A stretch of 64,000 nt of DNA, from NCBI GenBank assembly GCA_965216635.1, contig OZ244188.1, positions 768,001 through 832,000 of the forward strand. The letters are read 5' to 3'. Position numbers and translations under genes: made by a program. The first letter of the stretch is position 1, and each line of letters begins with the position of its first letter. A model generated the notes under the pieces. It searched no databases and was not told the origin of the DNA. It saw nothing but the letters and a program-made list of their open reading frames with translations. The stretch comes from a bacterium (GTDB taxonomy: Bacteria > SAR324 > XYD2-FULL-50-16 > G965216635). This document shows positions 51,053 to 60,808 of this stretch, in pieces.

Positions 51053-51203
51053 TCTTTTTTTTAAATTATTTTAAAAATTTTATTTTTTACTTTAATTACG
51101 TAGCTTATAAGCCATATTTGGCTATATTTTACTAGACTTTTTAAGCAATTTATGTTTTAATTGGAGTATTGATAACTTAATTTTTTAGATTTTTATAGTA
51201 ATA

Positions 51204-51521
51204 ATGACAGAAAATCCATTAACAGATAGCATAGAATTACAAGAAATCGCTGTTTTAGAAAAAATAAAAGAACCTGATAAGTATAAAGTGATTTTGTTCA
51301 ATGATGATGTCACCCCTATGAATTTTGTGATTTATTTGTTGATGAAAATTTTTCGTATGAATGAAACAAAAGCAACAGATGTAATGCTAAAAATACACAA
51401 TGAAGGTCACGGAATCTGCGGTATTTATTCTTTTGAAATTGCAGAGACAAAAATTGCGGAAGTGAAATTTATAACAAAAAAAGAAAAATATCCTTTAAAA
51501 TTAAGTATAGAGAAGGTTTAA
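51204..51521 (+). CDS. clpS: ATP-dependent Clp protease adaptor
   Basis: YKVILFNDDVTPMNFV, H.EG.G.CG.Y.FEIAETK, YPL. Confidence 0.95.
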   Translation: MTENPLTDSIELQEIAVLEKIKEPDKYKVILFNDDVTPMNFVIYLLMKIFRMNETKATDVMLKIHNEGHGICGIYSFEIAETKIAEVKFITKKEKYPLKLSIEKV

Positions 51522-51522
51522 A

Positions 51523-53814
51523 ATGTATTCTAAAGATATAGAGTCAATTATTATAGATACCTACAACGAAGCAAAAAACAGAAATCATGAGTATGTTTGT
51601 TTGGAACATTTACTTTTTGTGCTTCTTTTTGATACCAATATTTCTAATATTGTGGTGTTTTGTGGGGGTAAAATTGGAGAACTCAAAAAGCAAGTAGATA
51701 AATACCTAAATACTCGTATAGAAATCGCTAAAACCAAAGATACAGTTCCTAATCATACTGAGGCTGTTCGTCGTTTGTTGTTTCGTTTGAGTCATATTAA
51801 AAAAAAACAGCAAGATTTGTCTCGATTTTTTGGAGAACAATTTGTAGAATTAGTCCAAGAAATGAATCCGCATAGAGATACGGCGGTTAATTTTAGAATT
51901 GATGTTAGCAGCAATATTCTATACTTGCTTTTGTCAGAAAAAGATTCTCACGCTCATTATTTTCTGCAAACACACGGAGTAAGTCGCTCCGAAGTAATGA
52001 GATATCTCATCAAGCAAAATTTAGTCAATCATACAGAAGAAGAAGGACTAGATACTTCGCAATTTAAGAAATTAAAAACTTTAAACCAATTCTCTATAGA
52101 CCTAGTAGAAAAAGCAGCCAGAGGAAAAATTGATCCTCTTATAGGTAGAAAAAATGAGGTGCAGAGAATTATCCACTTGCTGTGCCGTCGTAAAAAAAAC
52201 AACCCGCTTTTAGTAGGCGAGCCTGGTGTTGGTAAAACTGCTTTAGTAGAAGGTTTAGCTTACCGTATTCACAAGAAAGATGTGCATCCCGTTTTAAAAA
52301 ATGTTCATATCTACAATTTAGATTTAGGTTCTTTAGTGGCTGGTACTAAATATAGAGGTGATTTTGAAAAAAGACTAAAAGACATCTTAGAAGAAATTCG
52401 TTTCAATCCCAATATTGTGCTTTTTATAGACGAAATTCACACAATGGTAGGAGCTGGAGGCACCTATTCTGGAATTTTAGATGTTAGCAATCTCTTAAAA
52501 CCAGCTCTTGCAAACGGAGAAATCAAATGTATTGGAGCTACTACATATAGAGATTTTCAAAATGTATTAGAAAAAGACACCGCTCTTTTGAGGAGATTCC
52601 AAAGAATAGATATTAACGAACCAAACTCTGAAGAAACAGTAAAAATTTTACAAGGCTTAAAAAAAAATTACGAGGAATTTTATAATTTGGAATATACAGA
52701 AGAAGCAATAAAAGCTGCCGTCAGACTTTCAGAACGTTACATTCACAACCAATTTCTACCAGACAAAGCGATTGACCTTTTAGACGAGGCTGGCGCTACT
52801 TTTTTATTAGGCAATTCCAAAGAAAAAACTGTGGTAGATTCTACCTGCATTGAAAAAACAGTTCGCTTGATGGGACACATGCCGAAGTATAACAAAGGGG
52901 ATGATATAGATAAAATTCAAAGTTTAGGGCTAGATTTAAAAAGAGTGATTTACGGACAGGATAAAGCTATTGAGCATCTTGTTTCTTCCGTAAAAAGAAA
53001 TAAAGCAGGGTTAGGTAGTGATAAACCAATAGGCTGTTTTCTTTTCACAGGACCCACAGGCGTAGGAAAAACAGAATTAGCTAAGGAATTGGCAAGGTGT
53101 ATGGATTTAGAATTTATTCGCTTTGATATGAGCGAATATATAGAAAAACACTCTATCTCTCGTTTGATAGGTGCTCCTCCAGGCTATGTGGGCTACGAGC
53201 AAAGGGGACTGTTGACCGAAAAAATCACAAAACACCCTTACTCTGTGTTGTTATTAGACGAAATAGAAAAAGCCCACTCGGATATCTATAATATTCTATT
53301 GCAACTTATGGATTACGCCCAAATAACAGATAGTAAAGGCACTAAAGTCAATTTCCGCAATACTATTTTAATTATGACTTCCAATATAGATTCTCAGTAT
53401 GGTTTAGCAGATACAATAGGTTTTGAAGGAAAAGAAAACCAAAAAAAACAAGAAAAAGTAAAAAAAGAATTCGCTCCTGAATTTTTAAATAGGCTAGATG
53501 CTACTATCTATTTTAATAGTTTAACCATGCTACATATTATGAGAATCGTGGAAAAAAACCTCACCGAATTAAGGTTAAAATTAAAAGCCAAAAATATTAT
53601 TTTAAAAATGAGTAACAGTGCTAAAAAATGGCTTGCAGAAAAAGGCTATAACCAAAAACAAGGAGCAAGACCCCTGGAGAGATTAATTCAAACAGAAATA
53701 AAAGACAAACTATCCGAAGAAATTTTGTTTGGAGAACTTAATCAAGGAGGAAATATTAATATTAGTGCGCAAAATAAACAACTCGTCTTAAAAGTTAAAA
53801 GTTTGGTCGTTTAA
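51523..53814 (+). CDS. clpA: Clp protease ATP-binding subunit
   Basis: Two AAA+ modules (GEPGVGKT, GPTGVGKT), IGF loop, no middle domain, follows clpS. Confidence 0.95.
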   Translation: MYSKDIESIIIDTYNEAKNRNHEYVCLEHLLFVLLFDTNISNIVVFCGGKIGELKKQVDKYLNTRIEIAKTKDTVPNHTEAVRRLLFRLSHIKKKQQDLSRFFGEQFVELVQEMNPHRDTAVNFRIDVSSNILYLLLSEKDSHAHYFLQTHGVSRSEVMRYLIKQNLVNHTEEEGLDTSQFKKLKTLNQFSIDLVEKAARGKIDPLIGRKNEVQRIIHLLCRRKKNNPLLVGEPGVGKTALVEGLAYRIHKKDVHPVLKNVHIYNLDLGSLVAGTKYRGDFEKRLKDILEEIRFNPNIVLFIDEIHTMVGAGGTYSGILDVSNLLKPALANGEIKCIGATTYRDFQNVLEKDTALLRRFQRIDINEPNSEETVKILQGLKKNYEEFYNLEYTEEAIKAAVRLSERYIHNQFLPDKAIDLLDEAGATFLLGNSKEKTVVDSTCIEKTVRLMGHMPKYNKGDDIDKIQSLGLDLKRVIYGQDKAIEHLVSSVKRNKAGLGSDKPIGCFLFTGPTGVGKTELAKELARCMDLEFIRFDMSEYIEKHSISRLIGAPPGYVGYEQRGLLTEKITKHPYSVLLLDEIEKAHSDIYNILLQLMDYAQITDSKGTKVNFRNTILIMTSNIDSQYGLADTIGFEGKENQKKQEKVKKEFAPEFLNRLDATIYFNSLTMLHIMRIVEKNLTELRLKLKAKNIILKMSNSAKKWLAEKGYNQKQGARPLERLIQTEIKDKLSEEILFGELNQGGNINISAQNKQLVLKVKSLVV

Positions 53815-53880
53815 TTTGTTTTTTTGTTGCAAAAAAACTATTTAAAGTAAATATATAATATATCTTTAACACAATAAACA

Positions 53881-54423
53881 ATGAATAAATTAGAATTTGA
53901 GGAAGTTGTAGATCAACTAATTCAAAAAAATCCACATAAAACTGACAAAGAAAAAAGGTTAAAGGAATGGGAATTGTATCGCATTCAATTTTACAATAAA
54001 GTAGATGAATTTCTAAATGAGTATGTTTCAGTAGGAAAAATTCAATGTGAAGAAGCAGAAGAAAAAATATATGAAGATTATATTGGGGAATACAAAGTAA
54101 AAAAATTAACTATTACTTTGGGCTACAAAACGGCTTCTTTAGTTCCTATTGGAACTTTTTTGTTCGGAGCAAAAGGCAGAATAGACTTAAAAGGTTCACA
54201 TGGGAAAATTAGGTTTGTATTGGTAGATAAAAAGGCAACTTCATTTAACAAAGAAATACCCGTCCGCATAAAAAGTAATGGTGAAAAAATTGAAAGGGAG
54301 CAAACCAACCCAGAAATCACAGATTGGGAATGGAAAATTTCTACCAATCCTCCGAACACTAACTACATAGATTTCAAGCAAGATACATTTTTAAGTGCTT
54401 TATTAGAGGTTATTGGTGAATGA
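53881..54423 (+). CDS. Hypothetical protein, partner of the HEPN-motif gene
   Basis: 180-aa ORF overlapping the next gene; PIGT...GAKGRIDL. Confidence 0.75.
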   Translation: MNKLEFEEVVDQLIQKNPHKTDKEKRLKEWELYRIQFYNKVDEFLNEYVSVGKIQCEEAEEKIYEDYIGEYKVKKLTITLGYKTASLVPIGTFLFGAKGRIDLKGSHGKIRFVLVDKKATSFNKEIPVRIKSNGEKIEREQTNPEITDWEWKISTNPPNTNYIDFKQDTFLSALLEVIGE

Positions 54424-54958
54424 CAAAATTCTTTTTTCTGGCGAGCATTTAGAGCTTGCAGATATCACGCAACATCATACAGATTTAGAAAATGCTTTGA
54501 AGCTTTATTTTTCTGAGAACAATAAAAATTTTCAAGCAAGATTTTCTGAATATACACCCCAAGAATTATCCCAAGAATTATCAAAGAGAACAGATGAGTT
54601 AAGTTATAGTTCTGTTTTTTCCTTACTTTCAGCTATAGAAGCAGCATTTAGAATAGATTGTCAACAACGGATTTTAAAGAAAAAAAACGACCCACTTTCT
54701 AATATGTTTTACAAAAAATATAGTAAAAAAAACCAAGATAAGTTTGGAATAAAAAAAATTTTTAGTGATTGGAAAAAACATACTCAAGACAAAAATAAGT
54801 TATCCTTAATCACAGTTTTAGAGAACGCTTTTGATTATAGAAACTGGCTAGCCCATGGACGATACTGGAGTCGTCAACCAAATCAAAAAAAATACAGCTA
54901 TGCTGATACTTACAAGATAGCCGAGACTGTTTTTAATAATTTTTCTTTAGAAAAATAA
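54413..54958 (+). CDS. HEPN-like helical protein
   Basis: Rx4H motif RNWLAH with an upstream conserved-type E (AIEAAFR). Confidence 0.65.
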   Translation: MVNDKILFSGEHLELADITQHHTDLENALKLYFSENNKNFQARFSEYTPQELSQELSKRTDELSYSSVFSLLSAIEAAFRIDCQQRILKKKNDPLSNMFYKKYSKKNQDKFGIKKIFSDWKKHTQDKNKLSLITVLENAFDYRNWLAHGRYWSRQPNQKKYSYADTYKIAETVFNNFSLEK

Positions 54959-55041
54959 ACAACTCGTCTTAAAAATTCAAAGCTTGGTTGTTTAATCTGT
55001 GTAAGTATTTTTTATATATAGTTTGTAAATTATGTAATACT

Positions 55042-56061
55042 ATGAAAAAACTATCTCTTTTTCCTGATTCAGAGCTTCAAAAACCTAGTTTAGAGAATTT
55101 AAAAAAGAATTTTTTAACTAACCTTAAAAGCTTTCATCAAAAAAATTACAAACGCTATCTAGGTAGTCCGTTAAGATATGCTGGAGGCAAATCTTTGGCG
55201 GTTGGTTTGATTGTAGAAAAAATCCCTTGCAATATTCAAAAAATAGTTTCCCCTTTTCTAGGAGGTGCTTCTGTAGAAATTGCTTGTGCCAAAGAACTAG
55301 GGCTAGAAGTAACCTGCTATGATGTTTTTGATTTGCTCGTTAATTACTGGCAAGTGCAACAAAATCAACCAGAAGAATTAGCTGAAAAACTAAAACAATG
55401 GAAACCAACCAAAGAAAAATATACTGAAATCAAAGAAACTCTAAAAAAACATTGGAAGAAAAAAGAAACTAAATTAAACGAGCTAGAACTAGCTGCCTTT
55501 TATTGGTTCAATCACAACCTTTCCTACGGACCTGGTTTTTTGGGATGGATGTCTAAAATTTATGAAAATGAAATTCGCTATCATCGTTTGTTGCAAAGAA
55601 TAGAGAATTTTAATGCTGGAAATTTTTCAGTGAAATGTGCTTCTTTTGAAAAAATTTTACCTCAACATTGCAAAGATTTTCTTTATCTAGACCCACCTTA
55701 CTTCTTAGCAGGAGATAGTAAAATGTTTCGTGGAATCTATCCACAGAGAAATTTTCCCGTGCATCATAAAGGATTTGATCACGAACAGCTAAAAAATTTG
55801 CTTTTGCAACACAAAGGAGGATTTATTTTATCTTACAATGATTGCAGCACTATTCGAGATTGGTATAAAAATTTTGAAATAACCTTTGTAAAATGGCAAT
55901 ACACTCTAGGGCAAGGAGAAACTAGAATTGGAGAAAATCGTGAATCTAGTAAAACCAATCATATCAAACAATCTCACGAAATTTTAATTGTTAAACAACC
56001 TAAAACAATGGAAACAAGAGAATTATCCCGATCTCATCAATTAGGAGCGAAAGCAGCATAA
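55042..56061 (+). CDS. N6-adenine DNA methyltransferase (Dam/D12 class)
   Basis: RYAGGKS, SPFLGGAS, YLDPPY, LSYND; start moved to ATG 55042. Confidence 0.92.
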   Translation: MKKLSLFPDSELQKPSLENLKKNFLTNLKSFHQKNYKRYLGSPLRYAGGKSLAVGLIVEKIPCNIQKIVSPFLGGASVEIACAKELGLEVTCYDVFDLLVNYWQVQQNQPEELAEKLKQWKPTKEKYTEIKETLKKHWKKKETKLNELELAAFYWFNHNLSYGPGFLGWMSKIYENEIRYHRLLQRIENFNAGNFSVKCASFEKILPQHCKDFLYLDPPYFLAGDSKMFRGIYPQRNFPVHHKGFDHEQLKNLLLQHKGGFILSYNDCSTIRDWYKNFEITFVKWQYTLGQGETRIGENRESSKTNHIKQSHEILIVKQPKTMETRELSRSHQLGAKAA

Positions 56062-56238
56062 ACTACTTTGAAGGTGCTGAGAAAAAATGTTAATGAGCCT
56101 CCAAGGAGAGATGTTAGAATAAAAACAGAGGAAAAATTAAAAGAACAAGCTGTATTAGAGCATTATGCAAAAGATTTTTTAAAAAGCGGTTTGTGTTATA
56201 TTTTCACTGAATTGCTATACAAATTAAGCAAAAAATAA
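56008..56238 (+). pseudogene. Degraded gene remnant, possibly an Mrr-type restriction enzyme N-terminus
   Basis: METRELSRSHQLGAKAA*TTLKVLRKNVNEPPRRDVRIKTEEKLKEQAVLEHYAKDFLKSGL..., one internal stop. Confidence 0.35.
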
Positions 56239-56348
56239 GGTATAATAAGATTTATTAGAGATTTTCAGTGGATATATTTTTTTTTTTTGACTTTACGTTG
56301 TATTTTTTGTAACTAATATAATATATCAAAACATAAACCTTTCAAAAA

Positions 56349-57389
56349 ATGGCACTTTCTGCAGAAAAAAGTAATACAGAAATTATAAACAAAAGAAGAA
56401 TGATCAATGGTATGGATGATGGTTTGATGCAGGTTCATCCTCTCAAACACCCCTTGTCTATGGAAATTTTTCAAAAAATGATGGCAAATACTTGGATGCC
56501 TCAAGAAGTGGAAATGACACGCGATTTAGAAATGTGGCATAAAAAAGGGGCACTGACAGAGCAGGAAAAAAGATGTTATGAAAAATGCCTTGCTTTTGCT
56601 TCCAATTTAGATGGTTTATTAACGAATTCTATCTCCAAAGATATAGGTGCGCATGTTACTTCTCCAGAAGCTCGTTTGGTGATTGTCAGGCATGCTTTTG
56701 AAGAAGCGGTGCATGTTCTTTCCTACAGCCAGATGGTAGAAACTTTAGGTTTAGATCCTGAAAGAATCTACGGATTATATAGAAAAGAAAAATCTCTTTT
56801 TGAGAAAAACCATCATATTCAAGAAAGTTTAGAAAAAATTAGTGCGATAAATTTTAAGACTGGAACTTTTGAGAACGACCAAATATTTTTAGAAGCCTGT
56901 ATTTCTAATATTATTCTAGAAGGTATCTTTTTTTATTCTGTTTTTTTATTTTTTTATGTGTTAAAAAGGAATAATAAAATGCCGGGCTCAGCAGAGATGA
57001 TACAATTTATCAATAGAGATGAGGAGATGCATGTCAAACACTTTACTTATATGGCTAATACCATTAGAAGCGAACAACCAGATCTTTGGACAAAGGATTT
57101 TCAAGATCATATTATTCAAAATTTTAAAGAGGCGGTGCAATTAGAAATCAATTGGGGGAAATATTATCTTGAAGAAGGCGTTTTAGGCTTGAAGTTAAAC
57201 AATTTAGAGGAGTATATTAAGTATTTAGGCAATAAACGAATAACAACCTTAGGTCTGCCAGAACAGTGGCCTTCTGCAAAAAATCCTTTTAGCTGGCTAG
57301 ATGAAATGACACAAGGTGCTATGACAGAAACGAATTTTTTTGAAGGAAGAGTGAGGGAATATTCTAGTGGAACTTTGGATTGGGACTAG
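56349..57389 (+). CDS. nrdB: Class I ribonucleotide reductase beta subunit
   Basis: W.PQE, D, EAVH..SY (radical Tyr), EGIFF, RDEEMH, NFFE.RV.EY. Confidence 0.95.
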   Translation: MALSAEKSNTEIINKRRMINGMDDGLMQVHPLKHPLSMEIFQKMMANTWMPQEVEMTRDLEMWHKKGALTEQEKRCYEKCLAFASNLDGLLTNSISKDIGAHVTSPEARLVIVRHAFEEAVHVLSYSQMVETLGLDPERIYGLYRKEKSLFEKNHHIQESLEKISAINFKTGTFENDQIFLEACISNIILEGIFFYSVFLFFYVLKRNNKMPGSAEMIQFINRDEEMHVKHFTYMANTIRSEQPDLWTKDFQDHIIQNFKEAVQLEINWGKYYLEEGVLGLKLNNLEEYIKYLGNKRITTLGLPEQWPSAKNPFSWLDEMTQGAMTETNFFEGRVREYSSGTLDWD

Positions 57390-57407
57390 ATACAATGAGA
57401 CTAGATG

Positions 57408-57545
57408 AGACTGTTGAATGCCTTTATAGGAAAGCTAGACAAGACGTTCAAATTTTTTACCCAAGAGGAATACTGAAGTATTTTGAGTGATAAAAAATTT
57501 GAGCAACGCAGTATAGTTGAACTAGAATGTCTAATTCAATAGTCT
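57408..57545. mobile_element. Divergent palindromic element related to the MITE family
   Basis: agactgttgaat ... attcaatagtct ends; internal tcaaatttttta / taaaaaatttga arms; gaatactgaagtatt core. Confidence 0.7.
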
Positions 57546-57622
57546 CTATAGATTTTATAAAATTTTTATGCTAGTAAATACACATAAATTATTTTATATT
57601 AATCATTAAGAAACAACAAATT

Positions 57623-58231
57623 ATGAAACAAGGAAATGCAGTTTTTTTGAGAATTCTTTTGAATCAGGATTATTCAAAAAATCAAATTACTATTATTAGC
57701 ATAGTTAGTGCTTTTGTAGCCTCACTGGTTCTTTGGGTATCTGCTAAGCTACAAGTACCTTTCTATCCAGTGCCACTGACCTTTCAAACTTTGGTAGTAT
57801 TAGTCATTGGAGGAATTTTTGGCTGGAAGATTGGTTTGTCGGCTTTAAGCCTTTATATGTTGCAAGGAATAGCGGGATTACCTGTTTTTGCCGGCACCCC
57901 TGAAAAAGGTTTAGGTTTAACCTATATTTTAGGTCCTACGGGTGGTTATCTACTCGGGTTTTATCTATCCATCGTAGTTATGGGAATATTTTCTACTAAA
58001 AATACCTATCAAAACTACTGGAAAAGCCTACTCGTGCTGGTAGTTGCCAATCTCGCAGTTTATATTCCGGGAGTTATTTGGTTAAGCCGTTTTACTGGTT
58101 TAGAAAAAGTATTACAATATGGCTTTTATCCTTTTATTTTAGGCGATTTATTCAAAATATTTTTAGCAAGTTTGATTATTTCTGTTATTCTTAAAGTCAT
58201 AAAAAGACTAGATAGTAAAAAAACGAACTAA
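57623..58231 (+). CDS. bioY: Biotin transporter BioY
   Basis: PVPLTFQT, GLPVFAG, GPTGGYLLGF, PFILGD.FK. Confidence 0.95.
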   Translation: MKQGNAVFLRILLNQDYSKNQITIISIVSAFVASLVLWVSAKLQVPFYPVPLTFQTLVVLVIGGIFGWKIGLSALSLYMLQGIAGLPVFAGTPEKGLGLTYILGPTGGYLLGFYLSIVVMGIFSTKNTYQNYWKSLLVLVVANLAVYIPGVIWLSRFTGLEKVLQYGFYPFILGDLFKIFLASLIISVILKVIKRLDSKKTN

Positions 58232-58345
58232 TTTTAAAAAACTTGAACAACACTGTATAGCTAAACAGAATGCAAATTCAAAAGTCTATAATTTTTAAAA
58301 ACTTGAGCAACACTGTATAGCTAAATAGAACACTAATTCAAAAAA
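58230..58345. repeat. Two tandem ~60-bp MITE right-end fragments
   Basis: aaacttgaRcaacactgtatagctaaaYagaa...aattcaaaa twice. Confidence 0.8.
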
Positions 58346-58367
58346 TTTCAATTTTAATCAGATAAAA

Positions 58368-60770
58368 ATGAATTCAAAATACACGAATGAGGGCTTTTGG
58401 TGTAAACCATCTAAAACCTATTATCAGCTAAGAAATAAAATGGTTGTTTCTATTTTTATTTCTCTTGTTGTTGTGTTGACTTTTAACTTAGGGTTGGTGT
58501 TTTTCGCTTTAAAGAATGTTGTTAGTGATTTAGTTGTCAGTCAAAACAGAATTATTGCAGGAAAAGTTAATAGCCAGACGCTAAAAACAGGCGAGGTAGA
58601 TAATCTCGACCTAGAACTAATTCAAGACTACACCAATGAATTGCCGAGTTCAGTAGAGGTGCTAGATGCAGATTATAGCTCGTTGTATGTATCAGAGAAC
58701 ACTCCATCTATCCATGCTTTAAGCCTTGTTGTAGATTCAATTAAACAGCAGAAAACCAAAGAGAAAAAAACCAACTCTTTCACAATAGACGGGGACTTAA
58801 TATCTTTTTTTCCTCTTTTGTCTAAAGCCAACGAACAATCTGGGTATATTGTTTTTACTACTCCTAGTGCCTATATCAATCAGAAGGTAACGCAAAAAAT
58901 CATTACTAACATTCAAATAGCATTTGTTGTTCTCTTGTTAACTATATTCATAATTTTCAAAATTTTAGAGAACATTTATATCAAGAAGAAATCAAAAAAT
59001 ATTAGAAAAAAGACACTTATTGCTACCTTTCTAGCAATTATCATTATTCCTCAAATAGGAATAACTATCTACAATGGAGGAAGTGTTTATAAGGGGTATC
59101 AGGAGATAGCTGACCAAAAAAGGGTAGTTTTAGAAAATTTAATTCAAAGTCAAGACACCAAGGAAATTGCTGATAAGGATAAATTTTCTAAAAAACTAGA
59201 TATTTATCTACAAGAATTTGTGGTTATGGGCTCTGTTGAGATTTTTGATAAAGACAAAAATAAATGGATAACAAAAAAAAAAAAAGACAAACAAAATCAA
59301 ATTCTTGAATTTTTTAATATTAAAAAATTTTTAAAAAGCAAACCTTTAATTGCTATTAACGATGAAACAGGAGTTCCCTCTTATTATTTTTCTATAAAGG
59401 AACACAAAACTGCTATTTTAGAAAACATCCGCAAGGTAGTCTTGAACCTTCTGACCTCGCTTATCCTATCCACTCTACTGTTTCTTGAAATACTACTTTT
59501 TCTTTTTAGTAGAAAAGTAGAGGTGACTTCTTTTCAAAGAGGGGAAGATAACTCTAGGAGTGTGTCTATTCGCGCATTAGCATTTCTAACTATTTTTACT
59601 TTGGATATGGTTATCTCTTTTCTTCCCTTATATATTGATGCTCTCTATAAAGAGCCAATTTTTGGCTTAGATAAAGAATTTTTCCGTCCTTTACCAATAG
59701 TTTTTGAGCTGATCTTTGTGACTATTGCTATTTCCGTATCCAGAAAATTCATCGTGAACAGTGGATGGCAATATCCACTATTTTTGGGAATATTTTTAAT
59801 AGGTTTAGGAAATATTTTTAGCTATCTCTCTGTGAGTGTTATTCCATTTATTCTTTCCAGGGGTTTTATTGGTTTTGGATATGGTCTGAGCTATGTAGCC
59901 TTCAATTCCTATCTAGTAACAAAAACTGAAAAAAATAAAAGGAGTCAAGGTTTTGCTCATCTTGGGTCTGCTATAGTAACAGGGACGATTGTAGGAGGGT
60001 TGACGGGTGGTATTTTAGCAGATAATTTTGGCAGACAAGCTGTATTCTTATTTACTTTAGTACCACTGTCTGTTCTGCTGTTTTGGTTGATTTTTGTAAT
60101 GAATAAAGAATATAACTTCACAAATAGTTTAGTTAGAAGAAGAATGCTTGGAAAAAACGAAATCACCAATTTCATTCGCTCTCGCCAAATTTGGCCCAAT
60201 TTATTTTTGTTAAGTCTTCCTTTCACTGTGTTACTTGTAGGTTTCACACAGTATTCTATTCCTGTGTATTTAGGGGAAAAAGGCTACTCCAATGCGGACA
60301 TTGCTAGGACTATTATGCTCTACGGCACGATAAGTATTGTTTTCTTTCCTATAGCAGGTAAATGGGTAGATAAACTCCGTGATTCTTATCCTGCGTTGGC
60401 TTTAGCATCTTTTTTAACCACTAGTTGTTTTTTCCTTTTTTTAGCGTTTGAAGGGTACTACACAGTACTTTTAGTTTTGGGAATATTTGCGTTAGGAGCA
60501 ATTTTGAGTGAATCTGCTAGACCAGTGCATATATTAGAACAAGAAGTCAGTTTAAAAATTGGAGAGGCTAGTGCTATATCAATTCTTAGCACTGTAGAAA
60601 GGATAGGAGGATTTTTAGGACCGCTCGTTTTCCGTGTAGCGGCTATCTTTTTCGGAATTCAGCATTCTTTTGTAGTAATAGGTGTTGTTGTAGGTGTTTT
60701 GTATTTGTTATTTTTTGTAGTTTCTAGATCTCCAGAAGTAGTTCGTCCTCGCTATAAAATTAACGTCTAA
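58368..60770 (+). CDS. MFS transporter with a long N-terminal membrane/extracytoplasmic extension
   Basis: C-terminal ~400 aa with 12 TM-like segments and GG.LAD.FGR; N-terminal ~390 aa with extra TMs and two soluble domains. Confidence 0.75.
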   Translation: MNSKYTNEGFWCKPSKTYYQLRNKMVVSIFISLVVVLTFNLGLVFFALKNVVSDLVVSQNRIIAGKVNSQTLKTGEVDNLDLELIQDYTNELPSSVEVLDADYSSLYVSENTPSIHALSLVVDSIKQQKTKEKKTNSFTIDGDLISFFPLLSKANEQSGYIVFTTPSAYINQKVTQKIITNIQIAFVVLLLTIFIIFKILENIYIKKKSKNIRKKTLIATFLAIIIIPQIGITIYNGGSVYKGYQEIADQKRVVLENLIQSQDTKEIADKDKFSKKLDIYLQEFVVMGSVEIFDKDKNKWITKKKKDKQNQILEFFNIKKFLKSKPLIAINDETGVPSYYFSIKEHKTAILENIRKVVLNLLTSLILSTLLFLEILLFLFSRKVEVTSFQRGEDNSRSVSIRALAFLTIFTLDMVISFLPLYIDALYKEPIFGLDKEFFRPLPIVFELIFVTIAISVSRKFIVNSGWQYPLFLGIFLIGLGNIFSYLSVSVIPFILSRGFIGFGYGLSYVAFNSYLVTKTEKNKRSQGFAHLGSAIVTGTIVGGLTGGILADNFGRQAVFLFTLVPLSVLLFWLIFVMNKEYNFTNSLVRRRMLGKNEITNFIRSRQIWPNLFLLSLPFTVLLVGFTQYSIPVYLGEKGYSNADIARTIMLYGTISIVFFPIAGKWVDKLRDSYPALALASFLTTSCFFLFLAFEGYYTVLLVLGIFALGAILSESARPVHILEQEVSLKIGEASAISILSTVERIGGFLGPLVFRVAAIFFGIQHSFVVIGVVVGVLYLLFFVVSRSPEVVRPRYKINV

Positions 60771-60808
60771 AATTTTTTAAAAACTTCTCTGCCAAATAAA
60801 AATTAGAA

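Larger units (their letters stand above)
53771..55000. mobile_element. Two-gene insertion bounded by a 49-bp imperfect direct repeat (53771-53819, 54952-55000)
   Basis: aaaataaacaactcgtcttaaaagttaaaagtttggtcgtttaatttgt versus aaaataaacaactcgtcttaaaaattcaaagcttggttgtttaatctgt. Confidence 0.75.
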
